Positions 18,477 through 30,081 are shown, counted from the first letter of the stretch. The stretch is 64,000 nucleotides of DNA from Patescibacteria group bacterium (GCA_026004595.1 BPJL01000006.1:12299-76298), one strand, 5' to 3'. Notes: generated by a model from the letters alone, not told the origin. Translations and numbers: made by a program.

Positions 18477-19733
18477 ATGCCCAAAGAAAAGATAATTACA
18501 GGAATAGACATCGGCTCCACAAAAGTCAGCACCACTATAGCTTCGGTTTCCGAGTCAAAAGTATCTGTAATAGGTGTTTCAGGAGAAGTTCCATCAAAAG
18601 GTGTAAATAAGGGAAATGTTGTGGATATTGATAGCGCTGTGGAAGCGATAGCAACCAGTATTGAAAAGGCTGAGAGAATGGCGGGAGTTTCAGTTTCAAG
18701 TGCTTTTGTAACTATAAACGGAAGCCACATTGAAACTTTGAATTCTCATGGTGTGGTAGCCGTTTCCCCAAATCAGACAAATGAAATCACAAAAGAAGAT
18801 GTTTCAAGGGTTATTGAAGCCGCTCAAGCCGTATCTCTGCCATCTACAAGGGAGATAATTCATGTAATACCGCGCGATTTTTCCATTGATTCCCAAGAGG
18901 GCATAAAGGATCCTGTCGGAATGTCAGGTGTTCGTTTGGAGGTTGAGACAAACATTATTCACGGCGCCGCAATAGCCATGAGGAACATCGTTAAGTGTGT
19001 AAATCAAGTTGGTGTAAATGTGGATGAGATGGTTTATGCAGGACTTGCTTCCGCAGAGGCTGTTTTAACCGATACTGAGAGGGAGCTTGGGACTTTGCTT
19101 GTGGATATAGGAGGCGGTACAACTTCAATGATAGCTTTTCTGGACGGAAGTTCCATTCACTCCGCTGTTTTACCCATAGGCGGCAAACTGATAACCAGCG
19201 ACTTGGCGATAGGGCTTAGGTCGCGACTTGAAGACGCCGAAAGAATAAAAATAAGGCTTAGCAACGAAGCCGCCCTAGCAAAAGGATCGGATAATGTAAA
19301 AAAAGACGAGGATTTTGATGTTTCAGAATTTGGACTTGAAATAGATCGCCTCCCTAGGCAAATGTTGTACAAAATCCTTGATGCAAGGCTTGAGGAAATT
19401 TTTAGGTTGGTAGCCCTTGAAATAACAAAAGTAAATTTAAATGGTAAGCTGCCGGCGGGTGTAGTAATTACAGGAGGCGGAGCGCTTACAGCGAATGTAG
19501 AAAGAAATGCTAAATTGAATCTAAAAATGCCGGTAAGGTTGGGCGTACCACGTGGAGTCACCGGGCTGATAGATGAAATTCAAGGTCCCTCATCAGCGGC
19601 CGGTGTTGGAGCAGTATTGTATGGTGTCAAGCTATTCAGAGGAACACAGCTGTTGTCTTTTGATGAGAGGAGAGGTAATATGAATAAAAGCTTTTCGAAA
19701 ATTATCGATAAGATAAAATCTTTTTTGCCGTAA
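18477..19733 (+). CDS. ftsA: Cell division protein FtsA
   Basis: Actin-fold ATPase: ITGIDIGSTKVS, VDIGGGTTS, VVITGGGA. Confidence 0.9.
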   Translation: MPKEKIITGIDIGSTKVSTTIASVSESKVSVIGVSGEVPSKGVNKGNVVDIDSAVEAIATSIEKAERMAGVSVSSAFVTINGSHIETLNSHGVVAVSPNQTNEITKEDVSRVIEAAQAVSLPSTREIIHVIPRDFSIDSQEGIKDPVGMSGVRLEVETNIIHGAAIAMRNIVKCVNQVGVNVDEMVYAGLASAEAVLTDTERELGTLLVDIGGGTTSMIAFLDGSSIHSAVLPIGGKLITSDLAIGLRSRLEDAERIKIRLSNEAALAKGSDNVKKDEDFDVSEFGLEIDRLPRQMLYKILDARLEEIFRLVALEITKVNLNGKLPAGVVITGGGALTANVERNAKLNLKMPVRLGVPRGVTGLIDEIQGPSSAAGVGAVLYGVKLFRGTQLLSFDERRGNMNKSFSKIIDKIKSFLP

Positions 19734-19782
19734 AATCTGCCCGAGAGTAAAAAATTAAATATAAATTTGATATATTATTGCA

Positions 19783-20967
19783 ATGCAAGTTAAACCTGAG
19801 ATAGAACGTTTTGCAAAAATAAGGGTTGTTGGTGTCGGGGGTGCCGGAGGTAATGTAATCAACTCAATGATAGAGTCTAATCAGATAAAAGGTGTGGAGT
19901 TTGTTGCTATAAACACAGACGCCCAGGATTTATCCATAAATAAGGCTGTAATAAAGATACCGATAGGTCAAGAGATAACTCAAGGTTTGGGGGCAGGTTC
20001 AAATCCCGAAATTGGAAGAAAGGCGGCCGAGGAGTCTGTGGATGTGATAAGGAGCAATCTTGAGGGAGCAAACATGGTTTTTATTACCGCTGGATTAGGC
20101 GGGGGAACGGGCACTGGTGCTTCTCCGGTTGTGGCTAGGATAGCAAGAGAATCGGGCGCTTTGACAATAGGTGTGGTAACCAAGCCTTTTAATTTCGAAG
20201 GAATTCAAAGGATGCGAGCGGCAGACAGGGGAATAGCCGAGCTAAAAAAAGAAGTAGATGCATTGATAACAATACCGAATCAGAAACTTTTGGAGGTGGC
20301 TGATGAAGACATGTCTATACTTGAAGCATTTAGGCTTTCGGATAGTGTTCTCAATCAGGGTGTACAGGGAATTTCGGATTTGATTGTTATGCCCGGCCTA
20401 ATCAATGTCGATTTTGCTGATGTTAAAACTATAATGAAAGACGCCGGAACAGCGCTTATGGGAATCGGAATCGGCACAGGAGAAAATAGAGCAGAGGTAG
20501 CGGCAAGGGCAGCGATTTCCTCTCCCCTGCTCGAACAATCTATCGAAGGTGCTAAAGGCATTCTATTTAACATTTCAGGCGGTCCCGATCTTACAATGAG
20601 GGAAGTAGACCGAGCGGCTAATATAATAAGGAGCATTGCAAGCGAAGAAGCCGAAATCATATTTGGAACTTCTATCGATGATGAACTTACAGGTCAGTTG
20701 AAAATTACGGTTATTGCTACGGGTTTTGAAGTTCCTGAAGAAGACGATTCAGTTGCTGGATACGTTGAGAAACACTATGCTCAAATTCAAAGAAAAGATA
20801 AACCCGAACAGTCTCCGTATCAGTTTTCTTCTCAAGGACAGAAAACAGAGACTTCGAGTGAAGAAAAAACGCCAAAGCTGCCTTCAGAAATGTGGAAGCC
20901 CGAGGATGCAGAGGAAGGAGATTACGGAACCGGTTTTGATATCCCAACTTTTCTTAGGCAAAAATGA
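19783..20967 (+). CDS. ftsZ: Cell division GTPase FtsZ
   Basis: [11 protein letters not shown] and tubulin signature [15 protein letters not shown]. Confidence 0.95.
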   Translation: MQVKPEIERFAKIRVVGVGGAGGNVINSMIESNQIKGVEFVAINTDAQDLSINKAVIKIPIGQEITQGLGAGSNPEIGRKAAEESVDVIRSNLEGANMVFITAGLGGGTGTGASPVVARIARESGALTIGVVTKPFNFEGIQRMRAADRGIAELKKEVDALITIPNQKLLEVADEDMSILEAFRLSDSVLNQGVQGISDLIVMPGLINVDFADVKTIMKDAGTALMGIGIGTGENRAEVAARAAISSPLLEQSIEGAKGILFNISGGPDLTMREVDRAANIIRSIASEEAEIIFGTSIDDELTGQLKITVIATGFEVPEEDDSVAGYVEKHYAQIQRKDKPEQSPYQFSSQGQKTETSSEEKTPKLPSEMWKPEDAEEGDYGTGFDIPTFLRQK

Positions 20968-21160
20968 AAAATTTCGCAGATTTTATTTTCTTGCGTATTT
21001 ACGCTAATTTAAAAAAACTGCCCCGCGATAATTCAACAAATTCTCCTAATACTACAATGCGCATTGCCTTGTGTGATAGACAACTTTCTGCTTTTATTAA
21101 GTAAGGCAGTATTTATTTAAATAACATTTCGCGTTCCGACAATATTTGTGAGGCAGTGAA

Positions 21161-23698
21161 ATGTTGCCGGTTCGTGAGATGAATAATCTTATGAGCAGTT
21201 TTTTATACCGTGAAGACCCGTCTGTATTTTCTAGAAATACGGATATAGAATTTTCTGAAAATGCGAGAAAAATTCTTGAAAAAAGATATCTAAGAAAAGA
21301 CGAGAACGGTGTAGTTGTCGAAACCCCCGAACAAATGTTTGAAAGGATAGCTAATGTTATTGCTGAACCGGATAGACCCTACGCAGATGTTGAAAGATCA
21401 AGAACCGAATTTTACAATTTGATTTCTTCTAAGAAGTTTTTTCCCAACTCCCCAACATTTACAGGAGCTGGTACACCTCTAGGTCAGCTCGCTGCCTGCT
21501 TCGTTTTGCCCATATCTGATGATATGGGGAAAGAGAAGGATGGTATTTTTTCAACACTCAGGGTGGCTTCATTAATTCAGCAAAGCGGGGGTGGGAACGG
21601 CTTTTCGTTTTCTAGATTAAGACCTAAAGGTTCCAGAGTTAGGGCAAGCAATGGTATAGCTACAGGTCCCGTAGGTTTTATTAGAGTTTACGATGCCGCG
21701 TTTGGTGAAATTGCTCAGGGAGGTGTAAGGAGAGGGGCAAACATGGGAGTTCTTCGCGTTGACCATCCCGATATAAGAGAGTTTATTGAGTGTAAGTCTG
21801 TGGAGGGAAGGGTTTCAAATTTCAATTTATCAGTTGCGGTGACTGATAAATTTATGGAAGCTGTCAAAAATGATGAAACTTACGAACTGATTGATCCCCA
21901 TACTTTAAAAGTAACTGAAACTCCCAAGGCAAGAGAAATTTTTGACCTAATTGTTGAAAGTGCTTATAGAAATGGTGAGCCTGGGGTTTTGTTTATAGAC
22001 ACCGCAAACAGACAAAATCCTGTTCCCCATCTGTACGAACTGGAGGCCACAAACCCCTGCGGTGAGCAGTGGCTTGGCCCATATGAAAACTGTTGCTTGG
22101 GATCAATAAATTTGGCCGAACATTTGACAGCGGAGGGAAAGCTGGATTGGGAAGAGTTGAGAAAAACAATAATTTCTTCCACAAGATTCTTGGATAATGT
22201 TGTTGAGGCGAATAGGTACATTCCAGCAGTTCCTGAAATTAAAGAAGCGGCAATGGATGTCAGACGAATCGGCCTTGGCTTTATGGCGCTTGCCGACGCG
22301 ATGTATTCAATGGGTATAAGATATGGCAGTGACGAAGGACAAGAATTTGCCGCACAGGTTTCTGAGTTCATAAGATACTATTCCATGAAGACCTCAATAG
22401 AGTTGGCGAAGGAAAGAGGTAGTTTCAGGAAAATTAGAGGCAGTATTTATGATCCCGAGAATCTTAGATGGACTCCGCCCAAACCTCTTAAGGAATATAC
22501 AAGAGATTTTGGGCGACCTTCGATAGATTGGGCCTCTGTTATAGAAGGAATAAAAATGTACGGAATAAGAAATGGCGCTCAAACTACTATAGCCCCAACA
22601 GGGACAATATCAACCGTAGCGGGCGTTGAGGGGTATGGATGCGAGCCTGTTTTTGCTTTGGCTTACTACAGAAACGTTTACCAATCGGCCGGGGACGAGG
22701 GCAAAATGACTCTAACCTACGTAAGCCCCTTCTTCCAAAAAGCTCTTGATAAGTTGAATCTGTCGGAAGAGGCGAAGATAAAAATCATAGAAAGTGTTAT
22801 AGAAACAGGAACGTGTCAAAACATAACGGAACTCCCCCAGCATATTAGAAATACCTTTGTTGTTTCTGCAGACATAAAACCCGAAGAACATATAATGATG
22901 CAGGCGGCAATTCAGGCCTTTGTGGATAATTCTATTTCTAAAACTTGTAACTTCCCAGAGAATGCTACCAAAGAAGATGTTGCCAAAGTTTATATGCTTG
23001 GGTGGGAGATGGGCTGCAAAGGTTTGACAGTTTACGTTACTGGTAGCAGACAAGAAGTTGTTCTCGAGACTAAGTCAACAAAGGTACAAAAAAGTGAAAA
23101 AGAGATGCCGGAGCCTGTAAATAAAGAAATAGTTTTGACAGACAAACCCGCAGAGCATGTTTTGGTAATGAGAGGGTACAAACTCAATGGAGCTACATAC
23201 AAAGTGAAAACGCCTCAGGGGAATGCATTTATCACAATTAACAAAGACGAAACAGGTAGACCGCTTGAAGTTTTCTTGAATGTTGGCAAGGCCGGAAGTG
23301 ATGTTGCCGCTTTAGCAGAAGGGTTGGGTAGGCTTTTGTCAGGGTGGCTTAGAATGCCTAACTTTAGTTTTGAAGTTGTGAGGGAGATTATAGTTCAGCT
23401 GGCGGGGATTGGAGGATCGAAATCGATCGGTTTCGGTAAGGATAGAGTAAGTTCACTGCCTGATGCTGTGGCAAAAGTGCTCGCAGATGAGTTCGGTTTT
23501 ACTGTAAAGGCGAATGGATCCAACGGAAATGATTACCTGGCGGAGAGTAAAGGTGCGGTGAAAGAGCGGGTCAATTCTAGACAGGTGGGTTTTCAGGCCT
23601 ATTCTAACACCGACATGTGTCCCGAGTGTGGCAACTACACTTTAGTTCTTGAAGAAGGGTGCTCCAAATGCTACCAATGCGGATTTAGCCGATGTTAA
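21161..23698 (+). CDS. nrdJ: Adenosylcobalamin-dependent (class II) ribonucleoside-diphosphate reductase
   Basis: Class II RNR active-site motif [22 protein letters not shown]-terminal Cys zinc ribbon ([22 protein letters not shown]). Confidence 0.9.
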   Translation: MLPVREMNNLMSSFLYREDPSVFSRNTDIEFSENARKILEKRYLRKDENGVVVETPEQMFERIANVIAEPDRPYADVERSRTEFYNLISSKKFFPNSPTFTGAGTPLGQLAACFVLPISDDMGKEKDGIFSTLRVASLIQQSGGGNGFSFSRLRPKGSRVRASNGIATGPVGFIRVYDAAFGEIAQGGVRRGANMGVLRVDHPDIREFIECKSVEGRVSNFNLSVAVTDKFMEAVKNDETYELIDPHTLKVTETPKAREIFDLIVESAYRNGEPGVLFIDTANRQNPVPHLYELEATNPCGEQWLGPYENCCLGSINLAEHLTAEGKLDWEELRKTIISSTRFLDNVVEANRYIPAVPEIKEAAMDVRRIGLGFMALADAMYSMGIRYGSDEGQEFAAQVSEFIRYYSMKTSIELAKERGSFRKIRGSIYDPENLRWTPPKPLKEYTRDFGRPSIDWASVIEGIKMYGIRNGAQTTIAPTGTISTVAGVEGYGCEPVFALAYYRNVYQSAGDEGKMTLTYVSPFFQKALDKLNLSEEAKIKIIESVIETGTCQNITELPQHIRNTFVVSADIKPEEHIMMQAAIQAFVDNSISKTCNFPENATKEDVAKVYMLGWEMGCKGLTVYVTGSRQEVVLETKSTKVQKSEKEMPEPVNKEIVLTDKPAEHVLVMRGYKLNGATYKVKTPQGNAFITINKDETGRPLEVFLNVGKAGSDVAALAEGLGRLLSGWLRMPNFSFEVVREIIVQLAGIGGSKSIGFGKDRVSSLPDAVAKVLADEFGFTVKANGSNGNDYLAESKGAVKERVNSRQVGFQAYSNTDMCPECGNYTLVLEEGCSKCYQCGFSRC

Positions 23699-23713
23699 TG
23701 GTATTATCTTCTT

Positions 23714-24265
23714 ATGAAGATATATACTAGAGAAGGCGATTCGGGGTTCTCTTCACTTATAGGTTCAAAGAAAAAGATAACCAAGTCCGACTCTGTTTTC
23801 GACCTTTTAGGACTTTGTGATGAGATAAACGCCCTTTTGGGATGTATTTTGGCTGATAATAAAAAAAACGCGGAGTCAGCCTTGCTTGAAACAATTCAGT
23901 CTGATCTTTTTTATATAGGTGCTTATATCGCGGGTTTAAAGCCTTCCCCCCAAGACAAATCAGAATGGGAGGAGAAGGTAAGTAGGATGGAGAGGAAAAT
24001 GGATCAGTATTCAGCAAAATTGTCGGCGATAAAATCATTTATACTTCCCGGCGGGACTAGACCGGCTTCCGAGATACATCTCGCGAGAGCAAGGGTTAGA
24101 ACCCTGGAACGTGGTTTAGTCTCGTATGTAAACCGAGGTAAGGGAGAATCGTTGAAGTTTATACTCCCATACATAAACCGCTTATCCGATTTATTGTTTA
24201 TAATGGCTAGGTACGTAAATAAAACTGCAGGAAAAGAGGAGAGGTTGTGGAGGTATAAAAAATGA
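23714..24265 (+). CDS. PduO-type ATP:cob(I)alamin adenosyltransferase
   Basis: N-terminus MKIYTREGDSGFSSLIGSKKKITKSD...DELNALLG matches the PduO-type ATR hallmark (M-x-IYT-K/R-x-GD-x-G-x-T-SL). Confidence 0.8.
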   Translation: MKIYTREGDSGFSSLIGSKKKITKSDSVFDLLGLCDEINALLGCILADNKKNAESALLETIQSDLFYIGAYIAGLKPSPQDKSEWEEKVSRMERKMDQYSAKLSAIKSFILPGGTRPASEIHLARARVRTLERGLVSYVNRGKGESLKFILPYINRLSDLLFIMARYVNKTAGKEERLWRYKK

Positions 24266-24417
24266 GAAAAAACTATATTTTGTTAATTTTACTTGTGTTC
24301 GTAATGTCTGCACTAGTCGCCCTTCTTGTTTACCGCGCCCACAAAAATGATATCTATTTTGAATCTCAAAATAGGCCATCTGAACCAGAGGGCTCTTTAG
24401 AAGTACTCGAAATTTGA
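24262..24417 (+). CDS. Small (51 aa) single-TM protein, hypothetical
   Basis: ATG overlaps the ATR stop (ATGA); MRKNYILLILLVFVMSALVALLVYRAHKND...; below the ORF-track size cut-off. Confidence 0.3.
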   Translation: MRKNYILLILLVFVMSALVALLVYRAHKNDIYFESQNRPSEPEGSLEVLEI

Positions 24418-27302
24418 TAAAATCTCTTTGTTCTATGCCTAAAAAAGATGATAAAAACCAAAATCTAACTATCCCGCAAATGGAGGAACGTGTACTTGAT
24501 TTTTGGTTGGAAAATAACATTTTTGAGAAATCTGTCCAGCAAAGATCGGAAAAGGACCTCTATGTTTTTTATGATGGTCCGCCGTTTGTTTCGGGGCTTC
24601 CTCATTACGGTCATTTGTTAAGCTCTATAGCTAAGGATGTTGTGCCAAGGTACTGGACTATGAAAGGAAAAAAGGTCGAGCGTGTTTGGGGATGGGATGC
24701 GCATGGCTTGGCTGTGGAGAATAAAGTCCAAAAAAAGTTTGGTATCAAAAATAGACGCGATATTGAAAAATTTGGAGTAGAGAGGTTTACAACTGAGTGT
24801 TACAAATACACGCGCGAAACGTCAGCCGAATGGGATTGGTATATTAATAAAATTGGCCGATGGGTTGATATAAAAAACGCTTACAGAACAACTGACCAGA
24901 AATATATGGAGTCGGTGATGTGGACTTTCAAGCAGTTATATGATAAAGGTCTTGTCTATGAGGGTATAAGAACGTCTCTTTATTGTACTAAGTGCGGAAC
25001 CCCGGTATCCAACTTTGAAATCGCAATGGATAATTCTTACAAGGATGTGGAAGACCCCGCAATAACTGTGAAGTTTAAGATAACGAGCGTCGGTGAGTTA
25101 AATGGGGCTTATGCATTGGCTTGGACGACCACTCCATGGACTATACCTTCCAATAGAGCGCTTGTAGTTGAACAGGGCGCTCCCTACGTACTTGTTGAAT
25201 CCGAGGGCGAACGTTATATTGCAGCTGAAGCGAGAGTATCAGAGATTTTTAAAGGATGCGACTTTAAACAGCTTAAGAAAATTGAGGGAAAAGATTTGAT
25301 TGGCTTGAAATACAAACCCCCATTTAATTTTTATTCTTCTAAAGAAGGGGAGTATGAAATTTACCACTACGAAGGAATGGCAAATATGGAGGAGGGCACG
25401 GGTGTTGTCCACAGCGCCCCAGGCTTTGGTGAAATTGATTCTGAAATGGGAAAACATTTTGGTCTAACCTTGATGATGACTTTAGATGAAGAAGGAAAAT
25501 TTTTACCGGGTGATTTAGAAGAAAACCCTTACGCGGGTGTGTTTTACAAGGATGCGGATCCGCTTTTAATAGAAGATCTTAAAGCTAAAAACCTTCTTTT
25601 TAAAAACGAGAAAATTATACACAGATTTCCATTTCATGATAGGTGTGACACTCTATTGATACAAAGAGCACAGCATAGTTGGTTTATAAATGTTGCCCTG
25701 TTAAAAGATAGGATGTACGAGCTTAACGAGAGGATAAATTGGGTGCCGGATCACTTAAAATATGGAAGGTTCGGCCAAAACATTAAGCAACAGCCCGATT
25801 GGTGCATTTCTCGAAATAGATATTGGGCTACGCCTATGCCTATTTGGGAAGCGGACGACGGGGATAGGATAGTGGTGTCATCAATAAAGGAAATAGAGAA
25901 TTTGTCAGGCCAAAAAGTTGAGGATCTTCACAGGCCATTTATTGATAGAATTGTGATAAAAAAAGGCGATAAAGAATATCGGCGACGACCTGAAGTTCTT
26001 GATTCATGGATGGAGGCTGGGTCAATGCCTTGGGCGCAAATACATTACCCTTTTGAAAACAAAGAAAAATTTGAGGCAAACTACCCGGGTGATTACATTG
26101 TAGAGTATATTGCTCAAGTCCGTGCTTGGTTTAACGTTATGCATATTCTTTCCACTGCGATGTTTGATTCCAATTCCTTTAAGAACGTTATATCAACAGG
26201 TGTTATGGCGGGAACCGACGGCAGAAAAATGAGCAAGACTTTCAACAATTACACCGATCCTAAAGAGGTCTTGGAAAATTACGGTGGAGATGCCTTGAGG
26301 TTGTATTTGATGGGTTCTCCACTTATGGTTGGGGAAAATGCAAATTTTGAAGAATCTGAGCTTAGGACAAAGCTTAGAAACGTTCTTAATCCGCTTTGGA
26401 ATTCACTGAAATATTTTGAAACCTATGCCGATTTTCATAGGTGGGATGAAAAATTGTATGAAAATTCAGATCATATATTAGACAAATGGATTGTTGCTCG
26501 AATTCATGAAGTAACAAAATATGTGAGCGAAAATATGGAAAAGTACCTGGTGCCTCCGGTAGTTAGGGTGATAGAAGAGTTTGTTGATGATCTTTCAAGG
26601 TGGTACATAAGAAGGTCAAGGGAAAGAATCTCTTCGGGCGACAACAAGGCGTTAAGCACATTGTTTAGTGTGTTGCTGACCTTTTCTAAAGTCGCGGCTC
26701 CGGTAATACCATTCATTGCCGAGAGCATGTATCTAGTCTTGAAAAGGTTTTCGGAAAAAGAGAAGGCTGAGTCAGTTCACCTTTGCTATTTCCCTAGCTA
26801 CGATTCCTCTGTGATAAAAGACTGTGCCGAATTGATTTCGGGTATGAAAAACGTAAGAGAGTATGCCTCATTAGGATTAGCTCAAAGGACTGAACATAAA
26901 ATATCTGTAAGACAGCCCCTTCTTTCAGTAACTATACCAGAGAAACTTCCAAAAGAACTTGAGCGACTGTTGATTGATGAGCTGAATGTGAAGAAGGTAA
27001 ATGTGGCTGTATCGCCCGAACCTTTGCAAATGAGTTTAGTCGCGAAACCGTCCTTAGTAAAGATTGATCTTACAATCAATGAAGAACTTAAGTTGGAGGG
27101 AATGTCCCGCGAGTTTGTGAGAAAAGTTCAGGATTTAAGAAAAGAGATGGGGCTTAAAGTCGGGGATATTATCGAAGTCGGTTATGTGTCCGATCCTGAT
27201 ACCGAAAAAATGATGAGTATTCATGGAGACGAAATTAAAAGGAAAATACAAGCGTCAAAAATATCTCCCGCGCCCGAATTTTCAATCCGAAAAGTCAGCT
27301 AA
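24414..27302 (+). CDS. ileS: Isoleucyl-tRNA synthetase (type 2, eukaryote/archaeal-like)
   Basis: YVFYDGPPFVSGLPHYGHLL (HIGH region characteristic of type-2 IleRS), KMSKT (KMSKS) motif, 962 aa. Confidence 0.9.
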   Translation: MIKSLCSMPKKDDKNQNLTIPQMEERVLDFWLENNIFEKSVQQRSEKDLYVFYDGPPFVSGLPHYGHLLSSIAKDVVPRYWTMKGKKVERVWGWDAHGLAVENKVQKKFGIKNRRDIEKFGVERFTTECYKYTRETSAEWDWYINKIGRWVDIKNAYRTTDQKYMESVMWTFKQLYDKGLVYEGIRTSLYCTKCGTPVSNFEIAMDNSYKDVEDPAITVKFKITSVGELNGAYALAWTTTPWTIPSNRALVVEQGAPYVLVESEGERYIAAEARVSEIFKGCDFKQLKKIEGKDLIGLKYKPPFNFYSSKEGEYEIYHYEGMANMEEGTGVVHSAPGFGEIDSEMGKHFGLTLMMTLDEEGKFLPGDLEENPYAGVFYKDADPLLIEDLKAKNLLFKNEKIIHRFPFHDRCDTLLIQRAQHSWFINVALLKDRMYELNERINWVPDHLKYGRFGQNIKQQPDWCISRNRYWATPMPIWEADDGDRIVVSSIKEIENLSGQKVEDLHRPFIDRIVIKKGDKEYRRRPEVLDSWMEAGSMPWAQIHYPFENKEKFEANYPGDYIVEYIAQVRAWFNVMHILSTAMFDSNSFKNVISTGVMAGTDGRKMSKTFNNYTDPKEVLENYGGDALRLYLMGSPLMVGENANFEESELRTKLRNVLNPLWNSLKYFETYADFHRWDEKLYENSDHILDKWIVARIHEVTKYVSENMEKYLVPPVVRVIEEFVDDLSRWYIRRSRERISSGDNKALSTLFSVLLTFSKVAAPVIPFIAESMYLVLKRFSEKEKAESVHLCYFPSYDSSVIKDCAELISGMKNVREYASLGLAQRTEHKISVRQPLLSVTIPEKLPKELERLLIDELNVKKVNVAVSPEPLQMSLVAKPSLVKIDLTINEELKLEGMSREFVRKVQDLRKEMGLKVGDIIEVGYVSDPDTEKMMSIHGDEIKRKIQASKISPAPEFSIRKVS

Positions 27303-27321
27303 ATATGGTATATTTATAGAT

Positions 27322-28659
27322 ATGTTGGAAGTGTACTTGTCTTTGAACAACAACAACCTTCGGCTTACTTATATTGATAAGGAGGGTTTGAAGACATACT
27401 CAGCCGTTATTCCCGAAGATATAGTTTCCGACACTAAAATTCTAGATGTCGCTAGATACGCAGAAGAGATAAAGAAGGGTCTTTCCCAGGTAACCAAATA
27501 TTCTCCTGCCAAGTTATTTTTGAATGTTATATCAGAACCTGAAGATGTGATTTTAAGATTTATTACTGTAAACAAAAGGGATGGGGACAAGCAGGAGCAG
27601 CTGCTCAAGGATATGAAAGAGAAGATCACGGAGGTTCCGCTGGAGGATCTCTATTTTTCTTATCAAAAGATAGCTCCATTTTTGTACCAATTTGTTGGTG
27701 TTAGAAAAGAGTATATGGAAACCCTTCTTGAGGTTTCCAATGTTGTAGGTATTTCACTTAAGAGTGTTGTCCCGTGGCTTTTGCTTCTGCCCAAATACTT
27801 GGGGATAAATGACCCCGCAGTCTTCATCTGCAGGGTTGACGGGAGCCACGCTATGGCTTTATCAGAGCTGGGAGGAATATTTTACAGCGGGGTTAGCGAT
27901 AAGCTGATAACAGCAAGCCAGCTTGAAAATTTTGTTTCAGATCTGTCCTTTTATAAAAAGAAGACACCTGTTAGAAACATATACACCTTGAATTACCAGG
28001 ATTTTGATGTAAAAGGGTTTGAGGTATCTGAAATTGGTATGCCGCCTGTGCAGACTGAATATCCCGAAGAATTTAAGATCAATATGCTTGTGAACTATAT
28101 GCTCGATAACGACCCCGATTTGGTTGCCAACCAGATGAATTTATTGAATTTAATGCCTTTACCCGTTGTTGAAAAGAAAACCTCAAGTTTAGTTTATGTT
28201 GGCGTGGCCTCGCTTTTCTTGATCATGGGGGTTTTATCATTTTCTCTTATTTTTAGAAAGGGCGGCGGTTCAAACAATCAACCCATTACTGATTCCGGGC
28301 AGGCTAATGTTTTAAGCGAGCAGGTGTCTCAGAATGAGAACCCGCCAGTTGAACAAAAGGTGGAGTTAAAAAAAGAGGATTTGAAGGTTATGATTCTTAA
28401 CGGTTCGGGTGTGAATGGATTAGCGGCGAGGACAAAGACTTTGCTGGAGGAGAAGGGATATAAAGTCGTTGATATAGATACCGCAGATGCTACTAGGGAA
28501 GATACTCTGCTGAAGTTTAAAAAGGATAGAATTGCCTTCAATGATATTATTCAGGAGGACATCAAGGAGGCATTCCCGAAGGTTGCAGTGGAAGATACTC
28601 TAGCAGATAGTGAAGAATACGATTTGCTTATTATAGCGGGGACAACAAGCGAGTTGTAG
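27322..28659 (+). CDS. Membrane protein with C-terminal LytR_C (LytR/CpsA/Psr C-terminal) domain
   Basis: One TM (SSLVYVGVASLFLIMGVLSFSLIF); C-terminus LKVMILNGSGVNGLAARTKTLLEEKGYKVVDIDTAD...LLIIAGTT matches LytR_C. Listed ORF starts 27223 inside ileS; ATG at 27322 is preferred. Confidence 0.6.
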   Translation: MLEVYLSLNNNNLRLTYIDKEGLKTYSAVIPEDIVSDTKILDVARYAEEIKKGLSQVTKYSPAKLFLNVISEPEDVILRFITVNKRDGDKQEQLLKDMKEKITEVPLEDLYFSYQKIAPFLYQFVGVRKEYMETLLEVSNVVGISLKSVVPWLLLLPKYLGINDPAVFICRVDGSHAMALSELGGIFYSGVSDKLITASQLENFVSDLSFYKKKTPVRNIYTLNYQDFDVKGFEVSEIGMPPVQTEYPEEFKINMLVNYMLDNDPDLVANQMNLLNLMPLPVVEKKTSSLVYVGVASLFLIMGVLSFSLIFRKGGGSNNQPITDSGQANVLSEQVSQNENPPVEQKVELKKEDLKVMILNGSGVNGLAARTKTLLEEKGYKVVDIDTADATREDTLLKFKKDRIAFNDIIQEDIKEAFPKVAVEDTLADSEEYDLLIIAGTTSEL

Positions 28660-28728
28660 GTCTTTACGGCTCTCCTAAAGGGAGTTCTTGCCCAGCCTTA
28701 GGATTTAGTGTAATATTCCAATGTTTCT

Positions 28729-29178
28729 ATGGATAAATACGCGATAATAAAAATAGGCCCAGCCCAATATAAGGTACATGAGGGGGACAACCTGACTGTA
28801 CGAAAGCAAGATGACGGTGTTTCCGCTGATGTTTTGCTTTACTCCGATGGCAAGGAAGTGGTTTTAGGAGCGCCTATGGTTGAAAATGCCCATGTTTATC
28901 TCAAAGTTGTTGAGCACAAAAGAGGAGAAAAAATTGCTGTTTCAAGATTTAAGTCCAAGTCAAGGTATCGAAAAACCAAGGGTTATCGAGACGAATTAAC
29001 TGTTTTACATGTGGAAAAGATAGAATTTGGCGAGAAAAAACAGGGAGATCAAAAGGAGCCGAAGGCTACCGAAAAAGAGATTAAGGAGGAGAAAAAGGAG
29101 CTCATAGCGCAAAGGATGACAACTAAGTCCGCAAAACCCAGGAAAGAAGTTGAAAAGATAAAGAAAGGATCAAAATAA
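28729..29178 (+). CDS. rplU: 50S ribosomal protein L21 (with Lys/Glu-rich C-terminal extension)
   Basis: [22 protein letters not shown]...[23 protein letters not shown] is L21-like; extra ~45 aa KE-rich tail. Confidence 0.85.
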   Translation: MDKYAIIKIGPAQYKVHEGDNLTVRKQDDGVSADVLLYSDGKEVVLGAPMVENAHVYLKVVEHKRGEKIAVSRFKSKSRYRKTKGYRDELTVLHVEKIEFGEKKQGDQKEPKATEKEIKEEKKELIAQRMTTKSAKPRKEVEKIKKGSK

Positions 29179-29179
29179 T

Positions 29180-29440
29180 ATGGCACATAAAAAAGCAGGA
29201 GGTTCAAAGGCAAGACAGGGAGGGAATGTAGCCGGAAAAAGGCTTGGAGTTAAGGTATTTGGAGGGGCACACGTGAAAGCTGGAAGCATCATAGTCAGGC
29301 AGAGGGGAAGAACTTTTGTAGCAGGAAAGAATACCGAAATGGCTAAGGATTTCTCGATATTTAGCAGAGTTGATGGAACGGTAAAATTTTCCTGGTTGAA
29401 CAAGAACAAGAAAAAGATAGATGTTGAAAAAGATAAGTAA
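29180..29440 (+). CDS. rpmA: 50S ribosomal protein L27
   Basis: [51 protein letters not shown] is canonical L27. Confidence 0.9.
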   Translation: MAHKKAGGSKARQGGNVAGKRLGVKVFGGAHVKAGSIIVRQRGRTFVAGKNTEMAKDFSIFSRVDGTVKFSWLNKNKKKIDVEKDK

Positions 29441-29457
29441 TAGTAACTCTACTTAGG

Positions 29458-30009
29458 TTATTTTGCCTTTTCCAAGAGTCTGATATTTTCAAACGGGTAA
29501 AATACTGCCAACGCGCGTCCGATTATTTTGTTTTTTGCCACCGGTCCCCAATATCTGGAGTCAGTGCTTTCCGTACGGTTGTCACCCATGACAATGTAAA
29601 AATCTTGGGCAACTTTGTAATCCAAACCCTCTTTCAAAAAATCCCTTCCTTCAGTAACTGTATTAGCAGGGAGGTAGGGCTCTTCAAGTTTTTGTCCGTT
29701 GATGTAAATAAAACCATTTTGAATTTTTATAGTTTCTTCCGGCAAAGCTATTACCCTTTTAACCAAAAGGATTTGCTCTCCCCCGGGATGCCAGAAGATT
29801 ATAACATCACCCCGCCTTATAGGTTCAAATTTTATGGAAAGTTTCTCAGCAATTATATGTTCTTTATCCTGCAAGTAAGGGTACATTGAGTTTCCCGTTA
29901 CTTCTAAAAACTGGCCGACCAATATGTAAACGAGAAGAAATACTGCCGTGCCGATGATAGTCAGTTCTACCATATCTACTATGGCGTTTCTTATACTGAA
30001 TTTACTCAT
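29458..30009 (-). CDS. lepB: Signal peptidase I
   Basis: S26 motifs: GNSMYP (Ser box), LVKRVIALPEET (Lys box), YIVMGDNRTESTDSRYWG. Confidence 0.9.
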   Translation of the reverse strand: MSKFSIRNAIVDMVELTIIGTAVFLLVYILVGQFLEVTGNSMYPYLQDKEHIIAEKLSIKFEPIRRGDVIIFWHPGGEQILLVKRVIALPEETIKIQNGFIYINGQKLEEPYLPANTVTEGRDFLKEGLDYKVAQDFYIVMGDNRTESTDSRYWGPVAKNKIIGRALAVFYPFENIRLLEKAK

Positions 30010-30081
30010 AGCAATAATTTTATAACAGCCGTACTCAAATAACTAGGATAAGAAATTAAAATGCTGTAGAATAGGGGCGAC

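Noticed and set aside
20968-21160. Possible cobalamin riboswitch or NrdR boxes upstream of nrdJ
   Set aside because: I could not identify the B12-box consensus or tandem NrdR boxes; only a single 12-bp palindrome is reported, as a low-interest finding.
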